Part shown: positions 9,760-18,408 of the stretch, piece after piece | How the letters are laid out: each line of letters begins with the position of its first letter | Numbering within the stretch: position 1 is the stretch's first letter | IMG/VR virus record: IMGVR_UViG_3300033407_000094 | Span: 1-29,193 of that record | DNA length: 29,193 nt | From: a virus | Taxonomy: Duplodnaviria > Caudoviricetes | Reading direction: 5' to 3' (one strand) | Program-made: the position numbers and the translations under genes | The notes under the pieces: model-generated | What the model was told of the DNA's origin: nothing | Databases searched by the model: none | What the model saw: the letters and a program-made list of their open reading frames with translations, nothing else

Positions 9760-10187
9760 AGCCCCCGCATATTTTTACGGTTGAAAAGCCGCTCATTGCC
9801 GCTGACCATCGCCCCGTGACTTTCAGTAGTTCCGGAGGTGACGGCAACCGGTATTCCCACCGAAGCCTCACCTTTTTGAACCAGCCGCAAATGGGCCAGC
9901 GCCTGTTTTTGCCGTTCGCCTATTACTTCCGGCGTCTCGATATTCGGGCGTCTGCTGTAGAGGTTATAAGCGGACAGATCGACGGCAAACATCCTGATCA
10001 AGTCCGGTACCGGATTAAACGGCACGCTATACCGACCGCCGCAATGGGCATCGATCACCGCCTGTGCATTGGCGACCGCCCGATCAATGACGGTACTGTC
10101 GACGGTGCCGGTTTTGGCATCGTCGGTCAGTTGGATGAGGACTTCTTCATCCATCTGTTCAAGCAGATCGGCAAGGGTTGCATACAT
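9756..10187 (-). CDS. Head-tail connector (Mu gp36/DUF1320-like)
   Basis: MYATLADL, LIQLTD, RYSVP and YNLYSRR motifs. Confidence 0.9.
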   Translation of the reverse strand: MYATLADLLEQMDEEVLIQLTDDAKTGTVDSTVIDRAVANAQAVIDAHCGGRYSVPFNPVPDLIRMFAVDLSAYNLYSRRPNIETPEVIGERQKQALAHLRLVQKGEASVGIPVAVTSGTTESHGAMVSGNERLFNRKNMRGL

Positions 10188-10189
10188 GG

Positions 10190-10381
10190 TTATTTACCTT
10201 TGGCCTTTTTTGGCTCGGTTTTTGCCTCATCCGCTTCAACGATGTCTACCGTCAACATCGGCTCGGCACGAAGCGCTTTAAGCTCACCCTCGGTGAACCT
10301 GTCGTCAGGATAAACGGTTGCCTTGGTGCTGTGGGCAATGCCGCAACGCCTGAAACCTTCTTTTTTGCTGGTTATGATCAT
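10190..10381 (-). CDS. HI1506-like small protein (Mu gp35-like)
   Basis: ITSKKEGFRRCGIAH...L.AEPMLTV pattern; directly after the capsid gene. Confidence 0.85.
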   Translation of the reverse strand: MIITSKKEGFRRCGIAHSTKATVYPDDRFTEGELKALRAEPMLTVDIVEADEAKTEPKKAKGK

Positions 10382-10402
10382 TTTCTGCCTCTGTATCTCA
10401 TC

Positions 10403-10428
10403 AGGGCTGGTTTTGAACCAGCCCCTAC
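10403..10428 (-). repeat. GTAG-type REP-like palindrome, copy 1
   Basis: GTAG-GGGCTGGTT-CAA-AACCAGCCC-T on - strand. Confidence 0.85.
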
Positions 10429-10452
10429 ATAGTCCATTGTGTACGGTGATCC

Positions 10453-10478
10453 GTAGGGGCGGGTTCTAAACCCGCCCC
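10453..10478 (+). repeat. GTAG-type REP-like palindrome, copy 2
   Basis: GTAG-GGGCGGGTT-CTA-AACCCGCCC-C; inverted relative to copy 1 with a 24-bp spacer. Confidence 0.88.
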
Positions 10479-10485
10479 TTCATAC

Positions 10486-11391
10486 TTACGCCGCGCCGGT
10501 TGAACCGAAGCTCAGCTGCCAAAAGCCATATCCGCCAGCTGCCCTTGCTTCGGCACCAAACTTGTATTCCGCCTTCATGAACACATCTTCACTGGCCATA
10601 TCCGTCTGCTGGACAAAGACCGGCTTCTTCCTCTCCTGATAGATAAACGGCTTGACCGGTCTGCTGGTCACATGCAGGAACCAGGCAGTAGAGGAGGTGA
10701 GACGCGGATTAACCAGCACCTTTGCCGTTCCTTTGTAGGGGTTTGGCGATTGGTCGGTCAGTTTATCGCTTTCACAGATGAGCCGGGCTGTGGTCTCAAG
10801 CGCCGGGGGAACCTCCAGGGTGTCGGGAATCATCGCCAGTGGCCGTCCCTCTTCATCCTTAAAGCTCATTATCGCTGTCCTCGCCGCACCATAGCTGGCT
10901 GCTGCATCCACCGTGGTAGCAGCAGACAGTGCCGCTGTTCCCTTGTTGCTGACACTGGCACCGGCAACGGCATGGTCGGTGTCGTAAAAATACTGCCCGT
11001 CATAACAGAGACCGGTGAAGGCTCCGTTCTTCAGATCGGCGTCGATCTCATCCGGCAACTGCTTGGCTGAATATCCCGCTTCCTGAGCCATGGGTGCGTA
11101 GATACCAAGGGTGTCGTCCTCGATATCGTTGCGGCGTACTGCGACGGTTGCTTCCCAGTCGTCATTGGTTATGGCATACTTGTATGCTTCCAGCGCCTTG
11201 ATAAACTTCTCACCAACCCACTTACGCATCTTCGGGAACCGGCTCAGCCAGTTGTAGTTGTTCTGGCTGGACCCGGACGGCACCAGCATTGTAGTCTGCT
11301 GCCAGATCGAAGGTGCCGCTTCGAACGCCTTGTTGAAGGTAGTCTTCAGGTTGACGAAAACCCCTTCGAGATTTGCTTTATTGACGATCAT
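10486..11391 (-). CDS. Major capsid protein (Mu gpT-like)
   Basis: NYNWLSRFPKMRKWVGE, EATVAVRRNDIEDD, CYDGQYFYDTDH and KPFIYQER motifs. Confidence 0.96.
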   Translation of the reverse strand: MIVNKANLEGVFVNLKTTFNKAFEAAPSIWQQTTMLVPSGSSQNNYNWLSRFPKMRKWVGEKFIKALEAYKYAITNDDWEATVAVRRNDIEDDTLGIYAPMAQEAGYSAKQLPDEIDADLKNGAFTGLCYDGQYFYDTDHAVAGASVSNKGTAALSAATTVDAAASYGAARTAIMSFKDEEGRPLAMIPDTLEVPPALETTARLICESDKLTDQSPNPYKGTAKVLVNPRLTSSTAWFLHVTSRPVKPFIYQERKKPVFVQQTDMASEDVFMKAEYKFGAEARAAGGYGFWQLSFGSTGAA

Positions 11392-11462
11392 TTAACGATC
11401 TCCTTGTATTGTTTTTTTTCTTGTCTCCATGCTTCCTGCATGAAAACCGATTGACCTGTTAT

Positions 11463-11870
11463 TTACGCGAACTGTACCCAAACACCGTCTGCATCCACGT
11501 CAAAGACCGTACCGGCTATAGAGCGGGTATTAGTGCCGCTGGTCTTTGCCACTGTCTGATCGTCAACGACATAGCAGTCGTTGCCGATATCGGCGATGGT
11601 GATAAGATCGGTGGATGCCGAATTACCGAAACGATAAACGCCCTTCTCTATCTGAACGTGATCGTCACCAGCCAGACCGGCCGAATTGTCCACCCGCTCG
11701 GATGCCATGCCAAGCGCCTTCAGCGTGGTAGACGTAGATCCGGGGACCGCATTGCCCGCCGCGTTTCGGCAAACAAGTGAACCGGCAAAGATGATGGTAG
11801 CAGCGGCAACGGCCAGACTGAGACCACTTCCGCCACGCGCCGGCGTATTTCTATCAGCTGTTAAAGCCAT
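11463..11870 (-). CDS. Putative capsid decoration/cement protein
   Basis: MALTADRNTP, CYVVDDQTV and GVWV pattern; lies between protease and capsid. Confidence 0.7.
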   Translation of the reverse strand: MALTADRNTPARGGSGLSLAVAAATIIFAGSLVCRNAAGNAVPGSTSTTLKALGMASERVDNSAGLAGDDHVQIEKGVYRFGNSASTDLITIADIGNDCYVVDDQTVAKTSGTNTRSIAGTVFDVDADGVWVQFA

Positions 11871-11931
11871 GTTGTTCTCCCTTTTCTTTTAATGATGTTC
11901 GATTACCGACTACCGATAACCCTGCAGTTTT

Positions 11932-12423
11932 TTACTTTCCGTACTTCTCCAGATCCTCAGCCGAGTTGCCGAACATCGAAGCTATTTGTTGCTGCTCGGC
12001 ATTAAGCGCCTTGCTGTTCTTGTTGATGTTTTCATCATTCAGCCCACTATCCGCACCGATCACCGGGGCAGCGGCACAATAGGCGACAAACCTTTCCAAG
12101 CCGCCTTCCTGGCTGCACTGCGCTTTATGATAGTCCGAAGTGGCGGGGGTGATTTTGCCATCCTTCAAAGCCTGCTCAATGGCCGAGTTGATCTCCTTAT
12201 CAAGTTCGGTCTTTTTTACTTCGGCCAGCTTCTGCTCGGCATTGTTGGCCTTGGCCAGGGCCGAATCATAATCGGCGCGCGGTACAAATTTTTCGAGACT
12301 CGGATTTTCGGCCCGGTTATTGGCCGTAGCCAGGTTGTCTTTCAACGAGCCTATTTTTGCCAGTGCCTCTGCTTCAGTGGCATTTTCCGACAGCGCCAAT
12401 GCTGCCAGCAGTGCTTTTAACAT
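11932..12423 (-). CDS. Scaffold protein from internal in-frame start (Mu gpZ-like)
   Basis: AAGGAGG (12435-12429) just upstream of an in-frame ATG at 12423, after a QQQGGGQ linker; Ala-rich coiled coil follows. Confidence 0.7.
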   Translation of the reverse strand: MLKALLAALALSENATEAEALAKIGSLKDNLATANNRAENPSLEKFVPRADYDSALAKANNAEQKLAEVKKTELDKEINSAIEQALKDGKITPATSDYHKAQCSQEGGLERFVAYCAAAPVIGADSGLNDENINKNSKALNAEQQQIASMFGNSAEDLEKYGK

Positions 12424-12915
12424 ACTGTCCTCCTTGGTGAGCTGTCCGCCCCCCTGTTGTTGATTGAGTGCCGACAACTTCAAGTTGGGCTGATTGGTTA
12501 CAGCCACCGAAGTTATGCCGACGATGGTCCCGCCGTCTTTTTCGTAGATGATGACCGGGCTCAGATACCTGTAGGCCCTGTCACCGACCAGTTGCTTGCC
12601 TTGCTCCGTCCATTCCGCCTTGCCCCATATCTCGCCCTCTCTTTGCTGCAGCTCCTTGATCCAGCCTACAGCCGGGGCAGGTTCGCCTTTTGGTCCCTTC
12701 AACTCGGTACTGTGCTCGATATCGATAGGCAGATCCCGAGCCAGCTCGGTAAAATATTCGAGGATGACGGCGGGGCGGCTGTTGTTCCAGTTTCTGCCGT
12801 CCCGGCCTGAAACTTCACCGGCAGGGATGAGAAAAACCCACTCCGGAGTTTCGCCCGGGCTGGGAGAAATCTCGATGCTGTTCATTGCCGTGCATGCGCT
12901 GTATTTTTTATTCAC
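11932..12915 (-). CDS. Prohead protease/scaffold (Mu gpI-like)
   Basis: LIPAG..GRDGR, IDIEH, APAVGWI, YRYLSPV and TNQPNL motifs; GTG start with GGAGAGG RBS. Confidence 0.93.
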   Translation of the reverse strand: MNKKYSACTAMNSIEISPSPGETPEWVFLIPAGEVSGRDGRNWNNSRPAVILEYFTELARDLPIDIEHSTELKGPKGEPAPAVGWIKELQQREGEIWGKAEWTEQGKQLVGDRAYRYLSPVIIYEKDGGTIVGITSVAVTNQPNLKLSALNQQQGGGQLTKEDSMLKALLAALALSENATEAEALAKIGSLKDNLATANNRAENPSLEKFVPRADYDSALAKANNAEQKLAEVKKTELDKEINSAIEQALKDGKITPATSDYHKAQCSQEGGLERFVAYCAAAPVIGADSGLNDENINKNSKALNAEQQQIASMFGNSAEDLEKYGK

Positions 12916-13053
12916 CCTTTTTCCTCTCCCTACTGAAAACTGAAACCACGTTTAAACTATGTTTAAATTCTTCTGTGCTTGACGAGCGGTACTATGTCCG
13001 TGTCACCAAGCGCAGAGGTGCCGAAATCGCCTTACAGGTCAATTTAAGCGTTT
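12916..13053. promoter_or_regulatory. G-I intergenic region: candidate strong gyrase site and/or late promoter
   Basis: 138-bp gap at the position of the Mu SGS and PI promoter; GTTTAAA repeated at 12950 and 12961; imperfect inverted repeat. Confidence 0.4.
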
Positions 13054-13587
13054 TTATCTCCACCTTGACATTTCGTCCTCCAGGACCTTTAAAATCCAAG
13101 CCCGATCCTGCGGAGCCAGGGCCAGACCATCCCCTTCATTCATGGCCAGATACGGCCTTGCCGGAATAGTTACCTTCCTGCCCCGGCCAGCCGGGCCACC
13201 AAACTGATGAATGGCCGCATAGCGGACAGAGCCACCAGCCCCGATAACAACACTGTCTCTCGTTGCCTGATGATGGACCGAATCAGACAGATCGCCATGC
13301 TCCCACAGGATTCTCTTGCCCTGGAGATAGCGCTTGCCGCTGACCTTCAAGCCGCCGTCTTTCCTGAAACCTTTCTTTCTGACCAGCCCCATCATCAGAG
13401 TAGTTTCGGCCAGTGGTGCCCATCTGCTGCCGTCCGGAGCCGTCTCGTTGCTGAAGTTTTCCAGCACCCGCCGTTCATAACGTGCGCCGATTCTGGTCAT
13501 CACCGGCAGCATATCCTCACTGCGGCGATCTATCTTATCCAGCAGCCGGGTAATCTCCCGGTCATCTATCTTGCAAGTAATGTCCAT
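13054..13587 (-). CDS. Virion morphogenesis protein (Mu gpG-like)
   Basis: NF..ETAPDG..WAPL, YAAIHQFGG and IPARPYL motifs. Confidence 0.93.
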   Translation of the reverse strand: MDITCKIDDREITRLLDKIDRRSEDMLPVMTRIGARYERRVLENFSNETAPDGSRWAPLAETTLMMGLVRKKGFRKDGGLKVSGKRYLQGKRILWEHGDLSDSVHHQATRDSVVIGAGGSVRYAAIHQFGGPAGRGRKVTIPARPYLAMNEGDGLALAPQDRAWILKVLEDEMSRWR

Positions 13588-14648
13588 TCTGCACCTCGCT
13601 TGACCAGCTCCGTTTCGTCTACTGCGGTAAAACCGGACAGGATAAGCCCGGCACCGTCTTCAGCCTTGAGCAGAGTAGCGCTATAAGCCACCTTGTCCTG
13701 CAGCAGATCGACCGCCAGCTCATTCCCCCGGCGGTACAGCTCCCCGCTGTCGATCACCTCCGGCAGCATCCTATAGGTATCGAGACCAAGCTTCTTATCC
13801 GCCAGCGCCTCGGCGGCGGACCAAACCACCTGCTGCTCAACACCCAGCAGCGCCAGATCATCCGGCCTCAACACGGCAACGGGAAACTCTCCGCCGATCT
13901 TTCCGGCGACAAACCGGTCAAAGGCCGGTTCATGCACAAAGCGCTGCAGCCAGGATCGGGCCAGATCGTTATCCATGGACTCCATCTTCCCGGTCAGACT
14001 GCGATAACCCTGCCGTTGTCCTTCCTGCCCTACGTTATAATTCCAGCCGTCCGAAGGGACGTTTTCCCAGCCTTGCGGCCTGGTGGTTTTTTCCGCCGGC
14101 GCGTTTTGATACTCATCTTTTTCAGCAGCCACCGCCCGGCACTGACAGCCCCAGGCGTTGGGCGGATAGTTGACAGTCCAGAAAGGATCGTTGATCGGAT
14201 AAATCATCCCGGAGAGTGCCACATGGTTCTGTCTCGGGTTCTGCACCCCGTCATTATGCAGGTACATCAGGTATTCGATCCCGCCCTCGGTGAACTGCTG
14301 CCAGCGTCCGGCCTGGTAAGCCGTCTTGATATTGGTCCGCCAGATCAGATCAGATCGCCAGGCAGCACCGCCGCCTTTCAACTGCCAGCCGTAACGCTCG
14401 ACCAGGGGCCGGAATTGCTGACGGAACTCGCGGATATCCATGCCGCCGGCAATGGCTTTGTCGGTCATCTTGCGCAGATCGCCAAGCAGGTCGGCATGGT
14501 AGGCACCGGCAGAAGTAAAGGCTTTGGCATGGGCGGCACCGTCCAGCTCATCCCAGGCGCTCGACTCGATAGTCAGCTTATCCCTGAAGAATGCCGAAGC
14601 TTCGGCAAAGGGCAGGCTGAATATCCGTGTGAACTCGGCAGTGTTCAT
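13566..14648 (-). CDS. Minor head protein gpF (MuF/SPP1 gp7 family) with C-terminal extension
   Basis: HAKAFT, IWRTNIKTAYQAGRW, DPFW..NYPPNAWGCQC and GWNYNVG motifs. Confidence 0.92.
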   Translation of the reverse strand: MNTAEFTRIFSLPFAEASAFFRDKLTIESSAWDELDGAAHAKAFTSAGAYHADLLGDLRKMTDKAIAGGMDIREFRQQFRPLVERYGWQLKGGGAAWRSDLIWRTNIKTAYQAGRWQQFTEGGIEYLMYLHNDGVQNPRQNHVALSGMIYPINDPFWTVNYPPNAWGCQCRAVAAEKDEYQNAPAEKTTRPQGWENVPSDGWNYNVGQEGQRQGYRSLTGKMESMDNDLARSWLQRFVHEPAFDRFVAGKIGGEFPVAVLRPDDLALLGVEQQVVWSAAEALADKKLGLDTYRMLPEVIDSGELYRRGNELAVDLLQDKVAYSATLLKAEDGAGLILSGFTAVDETELVKRGAEWTLLAR

Positions 14649-16219
14649 TCTTCCTTAGCCTCCACACGTCCGGCCAGGTTTCCCAATAGCTCAAGCCGTG
14701 CCATGGTCTCGGCAAGCCGCTCCGGTTCGGTTGCCGCAAAAAGATCGATCAACCGTTCCTTAAATTCATCCAGGCTCTCCACCTGGTTGAGCAATTCCTC
14801 GGCGCTGTCGATCATCCCGGCAGCAGGGCCCGCGGACTGGCCCTTCATCCAATCAAACAGGGCCGTCTCGACCGTGGGCTCCACTTCTGAACGATTACAC
14901 GCACAGCCCTTATGTTCCTGATTTAAAGCAATACGGTTATTCGCAGCCTCCGTAGGGGCGGGTTCTAAACCCGCCCTGTTCACACCCAACAGCTCGGCAT
15001 CCTTGGCAGGATCGGGCAAGCCCAATTTATCCCGCACCACCGACTGCTCAACCTTCAGCCCCAGCGGCACCAGCTTCTCAAGAGCCGAGGTCAGCACCGT
15101 CAAATCATCGTTTTCAACCGCTCTCAACACCAACTCAGGATAGTTTTCCTGCGGGCCGAAATTCAAATCGATAAACGGAATAACCAGATCACGGTTCAAG
15201 GTCTCCGCCAGCTGACAGGCGTCATCGTCACGGATATCCGAACGTACTTCCGCCTGGGCCTGATCATTGCCGAGCTTGCCCGGCGTCCCTTGAGTGGTCG
15301 CAGTCTGGCCGAGTATTCCCCGGCTGACCTGTGCGTCCAGCCAATCGGCCAGCCGCATGAAGAGAGTATCGCCGCCGGTGGACTTGCCGCCCTCGACAAA
15401 CTCTATCCGCATCGACTCGGGGATCACCGCAGCCGCGTCACTGCCCATATTGGCAACGGCCATCTTCAGCACGTTGATATCTTCAGGCTGCGCCGTCGAG
15501 CCGTATTTACCGAGACGCAGCGGCATACCGAAAACCTCGGCAAAGGCCAGCCAGTCCTTGACTGTGTAATTTTTGCAGAGATAGGACCATGCCGCCACAC
15601 GGGCAATCCCGCCCCGGATCGGCAGGCCGCTTTTCAAATGAGGCAGATGGACCAGAAACTTATAACCTTCCAGCTCGATACCTTCGGCCATATTGGCCTC
15701 ATCCAGCAGGCGGATCTTGCGCCGGGATTCCCGGTCAAAGATAAAGAAGCGGGGATCACGCCACTCATAACCGCGCGGCATCCACTTTGAACCGCGGTCC
15801 CACATAATCTCGCAGACCGAATAACCTTTACCCAGGGAGTCGAGCAGATCCTTCAACATGCCCCTGAAACCCGCCTTTTTAACCATGAGCCGGACTTCAT
15901 CGGCCATCTGGACATCTTTGGGACTGTCGCTTGCCGCCTCGATTATCACCGGCAGAGCAGCCACAGCTAACCGCCGCTTACTCATCTCACAACGATAATG
16001 CAGGTCGCGTTCTTCCATCTCCTCGGCTAAGGTCAGGTAATCGTTCGCATCACCTTCAGCGGCACTTCTCAGCAGATTAGCCAGCCGGTAAGGGGTCAAT
16101 CCAGAAGTAACCGAAGAGTCCCACACCGTCCGCACACCACTCATGGCCGGTGCGGCCAGCTCTTTCTGCAGCTGCCTGCTCTGTACCGGGTTGCCCCTGT
16201 GATCGTAGATTGTCACCAT
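14645..16219 (-). CDS. Portal protein (Mu gp29/DUF935-like)
   Basis: EEMEERD, WLAFAEVFGMPLRLGKY and ILGQTATT motifs; start placed at the ATG overlapping the terminase TAA. Confidence 0.95.
   Translation of the reverse strand: MVTIYDHRGNPVQSRQLQKELAAPAMSGVRTVWDSSVTSGLTPYRLANLLRSAAEGDANDYLTLAEEMEERDLHYRCEMSKRRLAVAALPVIIEAASDSPKDVQMADEVRLMVKKAGFRGMLKDLLDSLGKGYSVCEIMWDRGSKWMPRGYEWRDPRFFIFDRESRRKIRLLDEANMAEGIELEGYKFLVHLPHLKSGLPIRGGIARVAAWSYLCKNYTVKDWLAFAEVFGMPLRLGKYGSTAQPEDINVLKMAVANMGSDAAAVIPESMRIEFVEGGKSTGGDTLFMRLADWLDAQVSRGILGQTATTQGTPGKLGNDQAQAEVRSDIRDDDACQLAETLNRDLVIPFIDLNFGPQENYPELVLRAVENDDLTVLTSALEKLVPLGLKVEQSVVRDKLGLPDPAKDAELLGVNRAGLEPAPTEAANNRIALNQEHKGCACNRSEVEPTVETALFDWMKGQSAGPAAGMIDSAEELLNQVESLDEFKERLIDLFAATEPERLAETMARLELLGNLAGRVEAKEE
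14952..14977 (+). repeat. REP-like palindrome, copy 3 (inside portal gene)
   Basis: GTAGGGGCGGGTTCTAAACCCGCCCT; read on - strand as RAGLEPAPT. Confidence 0.88.
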
Positions 16220-17736
16220 TACCAAGCCCCGCTTATTGCGCCGAATCCGGCGTTTGTCCTTATCTGCCTGCTCATATCGTCGTCACCGTTGGCCGCACGC
16301 CTTTTTACCGATTCATAGCTATAGGTAATATCGCCGCCTTCCTGCCTGGTAGCGTATACCACCATGACACCGGCAACTCCGGCGTCGCCGTGACGCTGTC
16401 CGCCGCTCGATTCGGTTTTGCCGTCCGGCAACTTCGCCACACCCTTGATCATCTTGAAAGCCCTGTTGTCCTCAATCCAATCGGCATCGAGAGGGAGCAA
16501 AATCGTCTCGTCTTCAAATGCCGCCTTGTAGCGCGGCATATTGTCCCGGTACCACGCCTCGGTGAGCATCACCTGGCTTATCCTGTCCTGGCCGTACTTC
16601 TGCGCCGCCACTTCGGCCAGGTATTGGCCGTTTCCTCTAGCGTCAAAAGCACCGTGGGAAAACATCGGCAACCTGTCGCAGATGTAAAAGACAACCTGAC
16701 GCTGGGTTTCGAAAGGCACGTTTTTCAGCTCCAGGCCGAATGGTGCGGCAAAGGTTGCGTTCTGTTGCTCCTGCACAGGCAGGTAGATACTCAGGTCGCC
16801 ATTCCTGGCAAAGTCCTCGCCGAAGTAGCTGCGCCGCTTTGGGTCGAGTTTGGCCAGCAAAGGTGCAAGGTTGTCCTCACACCATGCCTCTGTCTCACTG
16901 ATCCTCTGGGCTTCAGGGAAGAAAGTGAACTCGTTTTTCAGCTCCAGCCGCAGAACTGGTATGTCCTTCGACATGCAGCGTTCAACCAGGGCACGGGATA
17001 AAAATGCTCCGCTGCCCTGAGATGGAATACAGAACAACTCCTCGTCATGGTTCGGGCTGTACCTTTTAACCAGGGACGCCCGCCACTCTATTTCTGCCTG
17101 CAGGCTCCACGGCTTGCCGGTAACTTCACAAATCCTGCGGTACAGTCCTTCATGGATGGCGTCGTCTAGGGTCACCCGGTGAATCTTGTAGTCGTTTCTG
17201 CCTGCCCGGGCGTCCTGGATCAGCACGTTAAACGGATTCTCGGTGCCGTTGTGAGTGCTGATTATATGGACCGTTCCGCCCCACATGGTCATAGCGATAG
17301 CCGCTTTCAGCAATTCCTCAAGGTCATCGACAAACGCAGCCTCATCAAGCACCAGCCGTTCGCGGGGTCGCCCCTTGCTGCGCAGGTTTCGCGGGTTGCT
17401 GGAAAAAGTCTCGATTGCATAACCGCTGTCAAACCGTATGTCGTAGACATGGATATCCTTGCCATCGTCCCGCTTGAGGATCTTCTCGCCGATCCCCCCG
17501 ACAGCCGTATGAAACGCCTTGGCCCAGGTGGCGCAGTCCTGGATAAAACCTGAGGTCATCTCCTTGTCGTATGATATATAGTAGACGTTTGCCCCTCGCT
17601 CTGCGTCGGCGGCATGGAGCACCGAGTCTGCGGCTTCACCGTATGACAGGCCTATGCGCCGGCCTTTTTCCATAATTTTTACCGGCGACTTGTCGGCTAT
17701 CCAGCGCTGCTGGTATGGCAAGAGAATTGCGCTCAT
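16219..17736 (-). CDS. Terminase large subunit (Mu gp28-like)
   Basis: LLPYQQRWI, EKGRRIGLS (Walker A variant), LVLDEAAF, ISTH, GEDFARNGDLS and RHGD motifs. Confidence 0.95.
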   Translation of the reverse strand: MSAILLPYQQRWIADKSPVKIMEKGRRIGLSYGEAADSVLHAADAERGANVYYISYDKEMTSGFIQDCATWAKAFHTAVGGIGEKILKRDDGKDIHVYDIRFDSGYAIETFSSNPRNLRSKGRPRERLVLDEAAFVDDLEELLKAAIAMTMWGGTVHIISTHNGTENPFNVLIQDARAGRNDYKIHRVTLDDAIHEGLYRRICEVTGKPWSLQAEIEWRASLVKRYSPNHDEELFCIPSQGSGAFLSRALVERCMSKDIPVLRLELKNEFTFFPEAQRISETEAWCEDNLAPLLAKLDPKRRSYFGEDFARNGDLSIYLPVQEQQNATFAAPFGLELKNVPFETQRQVVFYICDRLPMFSHGAFDARGNGQYLAEVAAQKYGQDRISQVMLTEAWYRDNMPRYKAAFEDETILLPLDADWIEDNRAFKMIKGVAKLPDGKTESSGGQRHGDAGVAGVMVVYATRQEGGDITYSYESVKRRAANGDDDMSRQIRTNAGFGAISGAW

Positions 17737-18173
17737 GCCATGAGTTCCTTCATTATTGCGGAACGTAGTGAGTCAATGGTTACAGCGCTGGCCCCTTGAT
17801 TCGTCGCCTCCTTGACGACGTTCTCGGCTATCCGCTGGGCCTTTTCCATCTTATCCCAGCGCTCAAGCAGAGCGCCGATTTTGCTCAAGGTGTCCATCAT
17901 CGGCGCTGTTCGCTGCCGGGGAGGCGTGGTCTCCAGATGCAAAAGCTGTTCTTCGAACAGATCCCGCAGTCTCTGGATGTTGCCGCGCTTCTGGCCTCTG
18001 GCCCTGTCCCAATCGTTCAAGTCCTGCTTCGGGTCTTTGGTGTCCGCCTTCCAGCGGGATAGTGTGGTGACAGAGACACCGAGCTGCTCACTGATTGCCG
18101 AGAGGGAATTGCCTTCGGCATATAGCCGTAGGGCCTGGGGCTCCAGATAGCCTTTGTCGCCCTTACTGGCCAA
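17733..18173 (-). CDS. Putative terminase small subunit (N-terminal HTH; DUF1804-like)
   Basis: HTH SLSAISEQLGVSVTTLSRWK followed by WDRAR; directly upstream of the large terminase. Confidence 0.72.
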   Translation of the reverse strand: MASKGDKGYLEPQALRLYAEGNSLSAISEQLGVSVTTLSRWKADTKDPKQDLNDWDRARGQKRGNIQRLRDLFEEQLLHLETTPPRQRTAPMMDTLSKIGALLERWDKMEKAQRIAENVVKEATNQGASAVTIDSLRSAIMKELMA

Positions 18174-18408
18174 GTGCTTCCTCCAGGTCCCAGATCTGGC
18201 CGCGAATCTTCAACAGCTCGCCCTGGCGCATGACAAGATCGTCCATCTTTGCTGCTGCAACGGCTACCTGCATTTCGATTACGTCCTGCAGGACAGGGTT
18301 AATCAAGGGCGGGATGTCGCGGGCCAATGCTTTGGCTTCGATTTCCAGATTGGTCTGGCGGATTTTCAGCCGTTCCAGTTTCTCACGCATGAGAGCGTTA
18401 TTGTTCAT
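18163..18408 (-). CDS. Hypothetical coiled-coil protein
   Basis: Coupled ORF in the late operon; no recognised family. Confidence 0.7.
   Translation of the reverse strand: MNNNALMREKLERLKIRQTNLEIEAKALARDIPPLINPVLQDVIEMQVAVAAAKMDDLVMRQGELLKIRGQIWDLEEALGQ

Noticed and set aside
10378-10430. Second hammerhead-like string on - strand (GUA-hairpin-CUGAUGA...GAAA)
   Set aside because: Stem II cannot close (G opposite A) and stem III fails after the first pair; it is a chance match next to palindrome copy 1.
12673-12686. GGGGCAGGTTC as a seventh palindrome copy
   Set aside because: No GTAG and no complementary arm; it is ordinary coding sequence (EPAPA) in the protease.
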